A DNA stretch of 64,000 bases, taken from the NCBI GenBank assembly GCA_964516975.1, contig CAZFAS010000002.1, positions 4,818 to 68,817 of the forward strand. Direction: 5' to 3'. The notes under the pieces were generated by a model that saw only the letters and a program-made list of their open reading frames with translations, was not told the origin of the DNA and did not search any database. The stretch comes from an uncultured Candidatus Saccharibacteria bacterium (GTDB lineage: Bacteria; Patescibacteriota; Minisyncoccia; Phycocordibacterales; Zambryskibacteraceae). Every line of letters begins with the position of its first letter. Positions within the stretch are counted from its first letter, which is position 1. The translations under genes were made by a program, and so were the position numbers. Positions 9,519 through 17,844 of this stretch are shown piece after piece.

Positions 9519-9581
9519 AGGACAGTCCTTTACCTCTAAAATAGGTCTTTTCCTTTATATAATAGAGCTTTATGGCATATT

Positions 9582-9802
9582 AGTTTCACGTGAAACATAG
9601 TTACATATGAAACATGAAGTCTCAGAAGAGATCTTTCGGTGATAAAGGTGAGCAAATTGCGAAAATGTTTCTTATGAAACATGGTTTTACTATTGTCGAC
9701 ACAAATTTCCTTAAGCCGTGGGGAGAAATAGATATAATCGCTAGACTAGGAGGGAGATTACGGTTTTTCGAGGTTAAAACAGCGCATGTTACATATGAAA
9801 CA
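9582..9802. promoter_or_regulatory. parS cluster (4 sites)
   Basis: AGTTTCACGTGAAACA 9582-9597, AGTTACATATGAAACA 9599-9614, TGTTTCTTATGAAACA 9666-9681, TGTTACATATGAAACA 9787-9802. Confidence 0.8.
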
Positions 9803-9988
9803 AACGATCGGCTGATGCCAGAGGAGAATATACATCCTGATAAGATAAAAAGATTATTACGAACGATAGATTCATATTTACTAGAAAATGACTTAGAAGA
9901 GGATTGGGAACTGGGCGCAATTATAGTTGAGATCGATGAGGCAGATAGTAGGGCTAAGGTAAGATATGTAGAATCAATTGTAGGGTAG
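9614..9988 (+). CDS. yraN: YraN family (UPF0102) putative endonuclease
   Basis: G..GE..A..FL..HG..I...NF....GEIDIIA......F.EVK. Confidence 0.9.
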   Translation: MKSQKRSFGDKGEQIAKMFLMKHGFTIVDTNFLKPWGEIDIIARLGGRLRFFEVKTAHVTYETNDRLMPEENIHPDKIKRLLRTIDSYLLENDLEEDWELGAIIVEIDEADSRAKVRYVESIVG

Positions 9989-10044
9989 GAGAATGACTCG
10001 CAGTTTTTTATAACTCGTGATACTATTGCATAACTGTTTTATAT

Positions 10045-10117
10045 CGGGGCGTGGTGTAACGGCTAACATGCCTGTTTTGGGAACAGGTGACTCCGGGTTC
10101 GAATCCCGGCGCCCCGA
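10045..10117 (+). tRNA. tRNA-Pro(UGG)
   Basis: Acceptor CGGGGCG/CGCCCCG, anticodon arm CCTGT-TT-TGG-GA-ACAGG. Confidence 0.95.
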
Positions 10118-10121
10118 CAAA

Positions 10122-10925
10122 GTGATATCTGTATCTAGGTTTCAAAAAATTATCTGGGATAATTATGAAAAGTCTGGTAGGTCAATGCCCTGGAGAGGGG
10201 AAAGGGACCCGTATAAGGTACTTGTCTCTGAGGTTATGCTTCAGCAGACACAAGTTTTACGTGTAATCCCTAAGTACACTCAGTTTATTCAGAGATTCTC
10301 GACTATTAAAATTTTAGCTAATGCGAGTCTCGGAGATGTGCTAAAAATATGGAGTGGATTAGGGTATAACAGGAGAGCGAGATTTCTGCATCAATTAGCA
10401 AAGAAAGTTGAACAGGAATATAAAGGGAAAATTCCTTGCGAAGCAAGGATATTGGAAACTTTGCCTGGGTTAGGGAAAGCGACCGCTGGTTCAGTGTCAA
10501 CATTTGCTTACAATATTCCAAATATATTCATCGAAACCAATATCAGAAGAGTTTTTATTCATTTTTATTTCCCAAATAGTGAAAAAGTGTCCGATAAAGA
10601 TATTTTGCCCTTTATCAGTAAAACTCTCGATAGAGAGTATCCGAGAGAGTGGTATTACGCACTCATGGATTATGGTGCGCAGTTAAAAACCCAAGAGAAT
10701 CCTAATCGAAGGAGTAAGCATTATGCTAGGCAATCAGTATTCAAGGGATCTAATAGGGAAGTAAGGGGCGCGATATTGAAAAATATGAGTACAAAGAAGA
10801 TTGCAGTTTCCTCGTTAAGAAAGAGAGTTGGCTTCGATGAGATGAGGTTTGCACATGCCCTTCAAAGTTTGATTGATGAAGGTTTTATTACTAAAGTAGG
10901 GAATACAGTACAATATTCACAATAA
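10122..10925 (+). CDS. mutY: A/G-specific adenine glycosylase (short MutY-like, HhH-GPD)
   Basis: MPWR, VSEVMLQQTQV, WSGLGY.RRA, LPGLG; no Cys4 cluster; start placed at the GTG after the tRNA. Confidence 0.85.
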   Translation: MISVSRFQKIIWDNYEKSGRSMPWRGERDPYKVLVSEVMLQQTQVLRVIPKYTQFIQRFSTIKILANASLGDVLKIWSGLGYNRRARFLHQLAKKVEQEYKGKIPCEARILETLPGLGKATAGSVSTFAYNIPNIFIETNIRRVFIHFYFPNSEKVSDKDILPFISKTLDREYPREWYYALMDYGAQLKTQENPNRRSKHYARQSVFKGSNREVRGAILKNMSTKKIAVSSLRKRVGFDEMRFAHALQSLIDEGFITKVGNTVQYSQ

Positions 10926-11245
10926 TGGCATTTAAAAGAACAAAAGAAGATTTCGTCTGTGAACATTGTGGTGCATCCATGAAAGGAAATGGCTTTACTG
11001 ATCACTGCAGTCAGTGTTTGTGGAGTAAGCATGTCGATGTGGACCCCGGAGATCGCGCATCTTCATGTGGGGGGCTTATGGAGCCAGTTGATACAGAAAC
11101 AAAAAAAGGAGAGTTCCGAGTGCTTCAGAAATGTAACATATGTGGGTTTTCGAGGTGGAGCCCGATCGTCTCTGAGGATTCTATGAGTGAGTATATAGTA
11201 GTTACACAGAGAGCTGCAGAACGTAAGAGTAAATTATTGCGGTAG
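10925..11245 (+). CDS. RNHCP domain protein
   Basis: F.CEHCG...TDHCSQCLWSKHVD..PGDRAS.CGGLMEP. Confidence 0.88.
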   Translation: MAFKRTKEDFVCEHCGASMKGNGFTDHCSQCLWSKHVDVDPGDRASSCGGLMEPVDTETKKGEFRVLQKCNICGFSRWSPIVSEDSMSEYIVVTQRAAERKSKLLR

Positions 11246-11274
11246 AAATATTTTTTTGTTAGACTGACCCCACT

Positions 11275-11345
11275 GCGGCTATGGTTTAGTGGTAGAACAC
11301 CTCCTTGCCAAGGAGGAGACGCGAGTTCGATTCTCGCTAGCCGCA
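11275..11345 (+). tRNA. tRNA-Gly(GCC)
   Basis: Acceptor GCGGCTA/TAGCCGC, anticodon arm CCTCC-TT-GCC-AA-GGAGG. Confidence 0.95.
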
Positions 11346-11523
11346 CTATATAAAATAAAAATCGTACTGTAATAGTGCGATTTTATTTTATATAGTGCAA
11401 GCTAAGAAAGTGTGGGGCACTTTCGTGCGAGAATCGAAACCTCTTTGAGCATACTTTTGAGTTTAACGAAAAAGTATCCAAAGAGGGGACTGCTCCTGTA
11501 AGGAGAGATTCTCGCTAGCCACA
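11343..11523 (+). repeat. tRNA-attached structured element 3
   Basis: IR 11343-11398, antisense T-arm GCGAGAATCGAA 11427-11438, two hairpins, direct repeat GATTCTCGCTAGCC (11329-11342 = 11507-11520). Confidence 0.8.
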
Positions 11524-11581
11524 TACTCAATGCTGCTGAAATAAAATTTCAAAGATATATTTGATTGATACAGTATGAGAT

Positions 11582-11857
11582 TTATTTTACTGCATCTTTA
11601 AGAGCTTTTGCTGCTCGGAATTTTGGCACTCTCATTGATGGGACTTGAATGGTTTCGCCAGTTCGAGGGTTTCGTGCTTGTCTTGATGCTCGTAATTTTG
11701 TCGAGAATATTCCAAGACCAGCAATTGAAACTTCGCCACCTTTCTTTAGAGTGCTCACAATGGTTTCAATCATTGTTTCTACTGCTTGTTCAGCTTGAAC
11801 TTTCGTTCCGCCAATTTTTGCATGTACTGCCTCTACGATTGATGCTTTATTATTCAT
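11582..11857 (-). CDS. hup: DNA-binding protein HU
   Basis: MNNK..IV..V...GLGIF....RA.R.ARNPRTGE.I.VP...VPKF.AAKALK. Confidence 0.95.
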   Translation of the reverse strand: MNNKASIVEAVHAKIGGTKVQAEQAVETMIETIVSTLKKGGEVSIAGLGIFSTKLRASRQARNPRTGETIQVPSMRVPKFRAAKALKDAVK

Positions 11858-12001
11858 AAAATATTATTGCCCTAATTTAATAATCGAAGCGTCGACAGTT
11901 TTACTGACACAACGACTGTCAGTAGTCGTACAATAATTATATAGTAGGCCACTTTTTGCGCAATAGCGCAAAAAAGACCATTAATTAGGACATATTTTAG
12001 A

Positions 12002-13531
12002 CTAGCGTGCAAATTCTATTACTCGGGACTCTCTTATAACAGTAATCTTTATTTCTCCTGGATACTTGAGTTCTTGTTCTACTCGATTTGCGATATCACG
12101 TGCAAGTTTTTTTGATTCTAGGTCGGTGATTTCTCCTGGGGTTACAAAGACTCGCACCTCTCTTCCAGCTTGAAGAGCGTATGTTTTTTCAACCCCTTTG
12201 AAATCGTTCGCAATAGATTCTAGCTCTTTGAGTCTCTTCAAATAATTTTCAACAGTATCACGTCTAGCTCCCGGTCTGCCACCTGATATAGCATCAGCAG
12301 TTTGTACAATGATAGATTCGATCGTCTCGTATGGGTATTCACCATGATGTGCTTGCATTGCTTTTATTATTTCTTCACTTGCACCGAATTTTTGGAGTAT
12401 GCGTCTGCCGATTTCAACGTGGGTGCCGACAACTTCATGGTCAACAGCTTTCCCTATATCATGAAGAAGTGCTCCTGCTTTTGCTACAGAAACATTTGCA
12501 CCGAGCTCTTCTGCGAGCATGCGTGCAATATGTGCCATTTCGATTGAATGTTGAAGTACGTTTTGACCATAACTCGTTCTAAAGTGAAGTCTTCCGAGTA
12601 TTGCGATGATTCTTGGATCTAGATTGTACACTCCACATTCGTATACCGCCTGTTCACCTTTCTCTTTTATAATTTTATTTATTTCTTGTTTTGCTTTCTC
12701 CACCGCCTCCTCAATCTTTGCAGGTTGGATTCTTCCATCTTGAATTAGGTTCTCGAGTGCAACGCGAGCAACTTGTCTTCGTACTGGATCAAAGGAAGAG
12801 AGGGTAATTGATCCCGGTGTGTCATCTACGATAACTTCGACGCCAGTTGCACGTTCGAATGCTTTGATATTTCTTCCTTCTTTTCCAATGATTTTACCTT
12901 TCACTTCGTCTGATGGAATAGTGACAGTTGTCGTCATGATGTCAGAAGGTACGGCAGCTGCAAGGCGTTGAATTGTAGTTGCGAGAATTTCTTTTGCTTT
13001 TTCTTCTATTTTTTCACCTGCAATCATTTCAAACTTCTGAATCTTTGCAAGGGTATCTTCCTCGGATTGTTTTTCAATGATATGAAGAAGTTCAGCTTTT
13101 GCCTCTTCCTTGTTCATACCGGCAACTTTTTGAAGTGCCGCTTCTCTTTCTTGGGAAAGGGATTCGGCTTTTTCCTTAATATTTTTTATCTCAACAATTT
13201 TTTCTTTAATATTTTCGACTTCTTTGTCGATATCGAGCTGTCGCTTATCAAGAAAATCCTCTTTTTTTATGAGGCGTTCTTCTGTCTTTTGGATTTTTTC
13301 TTCTCGTTCTTTTATCTCAGCACGTGACTCCTTTTGGATTTCGTCAGCTTTCGTTTGTGCATCACTCACTATCTTCTTGGCATCCTCCTCAGCTTTGAGG
13401 AGCTTCTCTTTGATGTCGAGTTCCATTGAGCCTTTCTTGCCCAATGAGATGATCCATCTCAGGAAATATCCGAAAGCGATACCGGCAGACGCTGCGATCG
13501 TCAGGAGCAGTAACACTATTTTTAATGACAT
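12002..13531 (-). CDS. rny: Ribonuclease Y
   Basis: TM anchor, coiled coil, KH (KGKIIGKEGRNI), HD (LLHDIGK), RTSYGQN. Confidence 0.96.
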   Translation of the reverse strand: MSLKIVLLLLTIAASAGIAFGYFLRWIISLGKKGSMELDIKEKLLKAEEDAKKIVSDAQTKADEIQKESRAEIKEREEKIQKTEERLIKKEDFLDKRQLDIDKEVENIKEKIVEIKNIKEKAESLSQEREAALQKVAGMNKEEAKAELLHIIEKQSEEDTLAKIQKFEMIAGEKIEEKAKEILATTIQRLAAAVPSDIMTTTVTIPSDEVKGKIIGKEGRNIKAFERATGVEVIVDDTPGSITLSSFDPVRRQVARVALENLIQDGRIQPAKIEEAVEKAKQEINKIIKEKGEQAVYECGVYNLDPRIIAILGRLHFRTSYGQNVLQHSIEMAHIARMLAEELGANVSVAKAGALLHDIGKAVDHEVVGTHVEIGRRILQKFGASEEIIKAMQAHHGEYPYETIESIIVQTADAISGGRPGARRDTVENYLKRLKELESIANDFKGVEKTYALQAGREVRVFVTPGEITDLESKKLARDIANRVEQELKYPGEIKITVIRESRVIEFAR

Positions 13532-13539
13532 ATATGTGC

Positions 13540-13725
13540 GAAATACCTCGCTCTCTCTTTCTCGAAAATCTAGGTTTTAGTAACGATCATGGATGAACAT
13601 GCAATGGATTTACGGATTCTGTGTGTCTGACGTGGGTAGGAAGTTCTGGAAAGAAAAACAAAGGTTTCAATTAAAACTTTTAAAGGTAACATTCATAATC
13701 TATAAGAATTTTATTAAGGTGTCAA
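13540..13725 (-). promoter_or_regulatory. rny promoter and structured ~160-nt leader
   Basis: TTGACA(13725-13720)-17-TAGATT(13702-13697); long-range stem joining 13668 and 13540 ends. Confidence 0.55.
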
Positions 13726-13790
13726 ATATTGATTACTCTAGATTTAATTATATAGTAAGAGTGGATAGTAAATTTAAATTGGGAGGATTT

Positions 13791-14015
13791 ATGCGTAATC
13801 TAGATGAAGTGAGAAGTGCTAAGGAGGAATTGAAGATACGGCTTAAGGATCTCCCTAATTGTGCTGTGGGGATGGTCGGCAATGCAAAAGATGGTTATGC
13901 CCTGTATGTTCGGTTAGAGGAAGTAGTGCCAGAGGGAAATATACCAAAAGAGTTTTGTGGTTTCTCAGTGAAAATAAGTGTTGTGGGGCAAGCTAGGAAG
14001 CGCCGAAAGAGATAA
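13791..14015 (+). CDS. Small hypothetical protein (74 aa)
   Basis: ATG preceded by GGGAGGA SD; followed by terminator 14024-14046. Confidence 0.65.
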   Translation: MRNLDEVRSAKEELKIRLKDLPNCAVGMVGNAKDGYALYVRLEEVVPEGNIPKEFCGFSVKISVVGQARKRRKR

Positions 14016-14050
14016 AAAACGATAAACGACGGAGATTCCGTCGTTTTCTT

Positions 14051-14632
14051 TTAATTTTTAGACTTCATGATTTTGTCGACGATTCCGTATTTCACTGATT
14101 CGTCAGCGTTCATAAAGAAGTCACGATCGACGTCCTTTTCTATCTTTGTGAGTGGTTGGCCTGTATTTTTTGCAAGCATTTTGTTGAGGACTTCTCTGTT
14201 TTTTATGATTCTTCGTGCGCTGATCTCGATATCGCTTGCTTGACCTTCCACACCACCGAGAGGCTGATGAATCATAACTTCAGCATTTGGGAGCACGAAA
14301 CGCTTACCTTTTTCTCCTGCAGAAAGGATAACAGCTCCCATCGATGCCGCCATCCCAACACAGATAGTAGAGACATTTGGTTTCACGTGGTTCATTGTAT
14401 CAATGATGGCGAGTCCTGCGGTGATCATCCCCCCTGGAGAGTTGATGTAGAGATAGATATCCTTCTTCGGATCCTGTGACTCAAGGAAAAGAAGCTGGGC
14501 AACAATAAGGTTAGCCACATTTTCGTCTATTGGGCCACCTAAAAAGACAATACGATCATTGAGTAATCGTGAGTAAATATCATATGCTCTCTCGCCAAAC
14601 TGTGATTTCTCTATAACTGTTGGTATTAACAT
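14051..14632 (-). CDS. clpP: ATP-dependent Clp protease proteolytic subunit
   Basis: [40 protein letters not shown]. Confidence 0.97.
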   Translation of the reverse strand: MLIPTVIEKSQFGERAYDIYSRLLNDRIVFLGGPIDENVANLIVAQLLFLESQDPKKDIYLYINSPGGMITAGLAIIDTMNHVKPNVSTICVGMAASMGAVILSAGEKGKRFVLPNAEVMIHQPLGGVEGQASDIEISARRIIKNREVLNKMLAKNTGQPLTKIEKDVDRDFFMNADESVKYGIVDKIMKSKN

Positions 14633-14721
14633 AATTGAATTTTTATTATGTGAGTATACTACATGAAGAACTTTTTTTTGCAAAATCTTGCCTGATTTCT
14701 CGTGCAGTATATAGTTACACT

Positions 14722-15417
14722 ATGAGATTACATCGTTTTTTTGTTTCGGATACGATTGGTTCTAAGAAAGAAATCACTGTGCGTGATTCTGCTCTGGCTC
14801 ATCAACTTAAGAACGTTTTTCGTTTCACTGTAGGAGGACAGGTTATTCTTTTTGATAATACTGGGTATGAGTACCATGCACTCATTGGTAAGCTTGGTCA
14901 CAGTGACATAGTTTTTTCCATTGCTTCTAAGAGGATGAGTAAAACAGTACCAGATAGAGAACTCTTTCTTTTCTTTTCAATAGTAAAAAAAGATAATTCT
15001 GAATTTATATTACAAAAGGGAACAGAAGTGGGAGTTAGTCACTTTGTGCCGATACTTTCTGATAGAAGTGAGAAGAAAGGATTTAATCTTGAACGAGCGC
15101 AAAAGATAGTAAGGGAAGCTGCTGAGCAATCCGGCAGGGCAGTCATACCAACAGTTGGAGAGATTGTTTCGTTTGATGAAGCTATTGCACAAGAGTTCCC
15201 ATGCTTTGCTTTCGATAGTAAGGGTGATGTATTTACACCAGAACATGCACAAAAGCATTCACCACTTGGTGTATTTATCGGCCCTGAAGGTGGTTGGGCG
15301 GAGAGAGAAATTTTTCTTTTTAAGAAACAAGGAGTAAAAGTTTACTCACTTGGAAGTGCCACACTTCGAGCGGAAACAGCTGCGATTGTCGCATCGAGTT
15401 TGATTCTCCTAGGGTAA
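14722..15417 (+). CDS. rsmE: 16S rRNA m3U1498 methyltransferase
   Basis: MRLHRFF, QKGTEVGV, EAAEQSGR, IGPEGG, LRAETA. Confidence 0.93.
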   Translation: MRLHRFFVSDTIGSKKEITVRDSALAHQLKNVFRFTVGGQVILFDNTGYEYHALIGKLGHSDIVFSIASKRMSKTVPDRELFLFFSIVKKDNSEFILQKGTEVGVSHFVPILSDRSEKKGFNLERAQKIVREAAEQSGRAVIPTVGEIVSFDEAIAQEFPCFAFDSKGDVFTPEHAQKHSPLGVFIGPEGGWAEREIFLFKKQGVKVYSLGSATLRAETAAIVASSLILLG

Positions 15418-16476
15418 TTAACCCTGACTTTCGAGGAAGGTAAATACTTTTTCATTGAGGAGCATGGTCGCGACATACATTTGTACGCGAAATGGGTCAG
15501 CATCCTTATGTACATCGAGGATTCTCTTTACTTCTTGTTCGAGTCTTTCTTTTTCTGGTGAAATTTTTTCTACTTCAGCGATTCTTCCTACGACAAGCTG
15601 AGCTTTCGCTTTCTTACTTGCAATCTCCTCCCATTCTTTCTTGATTTCTTCCTCAGTTTTCTTAGCTACTTTGAGGTATTCATCGAATTCCATGCCAGTT
15701 TGGGCAACATCATTTTTGAATTGTGCCATCATCTTTTCTAGTTCATTTTGAACCATGACATTCGGTATTTCTACTTCGACTTTGTCCATTATTGCTTCAA
15801 TGATTTCAATTCTTTTCTTTTCTTTTGCTCTACCGATTTTTTCTTGAGCAACATTATCACGAATTTTTAATCTAAAATCACTGACATCTGCGAAATCACC
15901 AAACTGTTTTACGAGTTCGTCAGTTAGTTCAGGTAGATCTTTCTCTTCAATTGGTCCATGAGTATGGTCAGATGATCCATCTTTATGCATTTGCATATGT
16001 GCATGGTGTTTTCGAATTTCCATGACCACATCATCAATATCTTTTTCTGTAACTTGCAGTTCATCAGGCTTTTGGAGAACCTCCTTTGCAAGTGCTTTGT
16101 ATTCAGGAAGTGAGAATTCTGGATAGAGTGTCGCAACAATTTTAAATTCGAGAGGGTTTCCGAGCGCGAGCTTTGTGATCGTGAGGTTTGGTGTGCCTAC
16201 TATGTCAAGGCCGGTCTCTTTGATGATCTCACCATAGAGTTCTTCTACAGCGTTGTTTGCCGCATCTTCTAAGATGGCTTTCTCTCCAACTTTTTGGATA
16301 ACGGTAGCTTCAGGAACTTTGCCTTTACGAAACCCTGGAAGCTCTGCGTTTTTTGTTATTTCTTTGATAACTTTCTCACGAGTTTGCGCGAGGAAATCGG
16401 CAGATATTTCACCAGTGATTTCCGCTTCAGATTTCGGAAGCTTTGTAACCTTTATGTTTGAGTATTGTTTTGTCAT
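15418..16476 (-). CDS. tig: Trigger factor (PPIase domain absent)
   Basis: LPGFRKGKVP ribosome-binding motif; C-terminal domain (LPELTDE...). Confidence 0.92.
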   Translation of the reverse strand: MTKQYSNIKVTKLPKSEAEITGEISADFLAQTREKVIKEITKNAELPGFRKGKVPEATVIQKVGEKAILEDAANNAVEELYGEIIKETGLDIVGTPNLTITKLALGNPLEFKIVATLYPEFSLPEYKALAKEVLQKPDELQVTEKDIDDVVMEIRKHHAHMQMHKDGSSDHTHGPIEEKDLPELTDELVKQFGDFADVSDFRLKIRDNVAQEKIGRAKEKKRIEIIEAIMDKVEVEIPNVMVQNELEKMMAQFKNDVAQTGMEFDEYLKVAKKTEEEIKKEWEEIASKKAKAQLVVGRIAEVEKISPEKERLEQEVKRILDVHKDADPFRVQMYVATMLLNEKVFTFLESQG

Positions 16477-16558
16477 AAGGTCACAGTCTATAGAAAACAT
16501 GAACTTGATGCAACTAAAAACACCCCGAAGGGTGTTTTTAGAACATACGTCTTATTTC

Positions 16559-16924
16559 CTATTGTGTTGATGCCGCAGCTGCAGCACTGTTCACTTCGTT
16601 CCCTAAACCATTCAGATTTGTTGCTTTGAGGTCAGCCTCGATTGAGTTGAGATCATCTGCAGAACTCTGTTTTTGGAGTTCCTGAGTTGTCTGATCTACA
16701 GCTGGCTGCGTTTGTGTTTCAGTTTGTGTTGCTTGTGTTTGTTGGGTAGGTAAAGCAGTACTTGCTCTCTGTCCCCAGAAATATAAACCCCCGATAACAA
16801 TAACCGCAATGATGATTATGATTCCGATTGCAGGCCCAATTGGCTTTTCATGTGCTGGAGGCACCATAGAGTTTGCCTGCTGGTTCATTGGATTAACTGG
16901 TTGATTTTGATTTAGTGGATCCAT
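16559..16924 (-). CDS. Hypothetical membrane protein
   Basis: N/Q/P-rich N-terminus, one TM, T/Q linker, SS.DDL.SIEADL C-terminal helix. Confidence 0.7.
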   Translation of the reverse strand: MDPLNQNQPVNPMNQQANSMVPPAHEKPIGPAIGIIIIIAVIVIGGLYFWGQRASTALPTQQTQATQTETQTQPAVDQTTQELQKQSSADDLNSIEADLKATNLNGLGNEVNSAAAAASTQ

Positions 16925-16957
16925 AGTTATAAGAATATGTTATTAAATGAACAAAGG

Positions 16958-17719
16958 TTACGGCGTTGTTGTTGCGGTCGAAGTACCTGTTGTTGATGTA
17001 CCTATATTACTACCTGGATGATTTCCTTCCAACTCACCGATGTGCATACCTCGGATAAGTCCTATTGTTTTTGTAAGTAATTTTTGTGCATCCTCAAGTT
17101 CTCCTCTGATTTTCTTAACGAGAGCCTTCACTTGTTCAAATTCTGCTTTTGCTGGAGTTGTAGTTGCTGTTGATGATGAAACCGTGCTTGTAATAGCTTG
17201 TGTAGTGAGAGTAGGGAGGCTAGCAATATCTATTTTTGCTTGGGCAAGTTTTGCTCTTGCATCGGCTACATTTTTCTCCGCTTCAGTTGTATCTTTTCCA
17301 GCAGCTTTTATCTTCGTGATTCGTGAGCTGATTCGGTCTGCAAGCTTTGTGATTCTATCTACAGCAGCAGTAAACCTTTGACCCATGAGCTCAAACTCTC
17401 TACCCATTATTTTTTTAATCTCATCTTTTCTTTTCTCTCGGAGATCTTGAAGTTTTCCTTTTACTTCATCCTTTATTTCTTCTCTTTTTTCTTTTGCTTC
17501 AGTTCTGATTTCTTGCCTTTTTTCCTGAACTTGTGTTCGAACTTCTTTTCTGTCATCACGCAATTCTTTCCTTTCGTCTCGTAATTCCTTACGAATTTCT
17601 CCGGGTCTTGGGGGGTTCGCTGGTGTTGATGTGCCAGTCTCTGCATGAACAAGGGCAAGAGGCGATCCGAAAACAAGTGCCGCCATAACTGGTAATGTAA
17701 TAATGCTTTTTACTTTCAT
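16958..17719 (-). CDS. Secreted coiled-coil hypothetical protein
   Basis: Signal peptide (ALVHA|E), charged helical repeats. Confidence 0.7.
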   Translation of the reverse strand: MKVKSIITLPVMAALVFGSPLALVHAETGTSTPANPPRPGEIRKELRDERKELRDDRKEVRTQVQEKRQEIRTEAKEKREEIKDEVKGKLQDLREKRKDEIKKIMGREFELMGQRFTAAVDRITKLADRISSRITKIKAAGKDTTEAEKNVADARAKLAQAKIDIASLPTLTTQAITSTVSSSTATTTPAKAEFEQVKALVKKIRGELEDAQKLLTKTIGLIRGMHIGELEGNHPGSNIGTSTTGTSTATTTP

Positions 17720-17844
17720 ATTTTGTGAATTAAATAATTAATCTACACACATCTAGTAAGACGGGCAGACGTTGTGTCTCTTACAGCATATAAGTATAAC
17801 GAAAAATGCCACTGTCGTACAACAGTGGCATTTTTCTAAGCATA

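Noticed and set aside
10017-10121. N-terminal extension of the mutY ORF
   Set aside because: It is the translation of tRNA-Pro; start moved to 10122.
5268-11523. Xer recombinase plus tRNA 3' duplications read as an integrated island or prophage
   Set aside because: The repeats enclose only 114 and 178 bp, the intervening genes are housekeeping, and the recombinase looks like a chromosomal XerC/D.
13593-13790. Long N-terminus of the 140-aa ORF
   Set aside because: Overlaps the rny promoter and leader; the SD supports ATG 13791.
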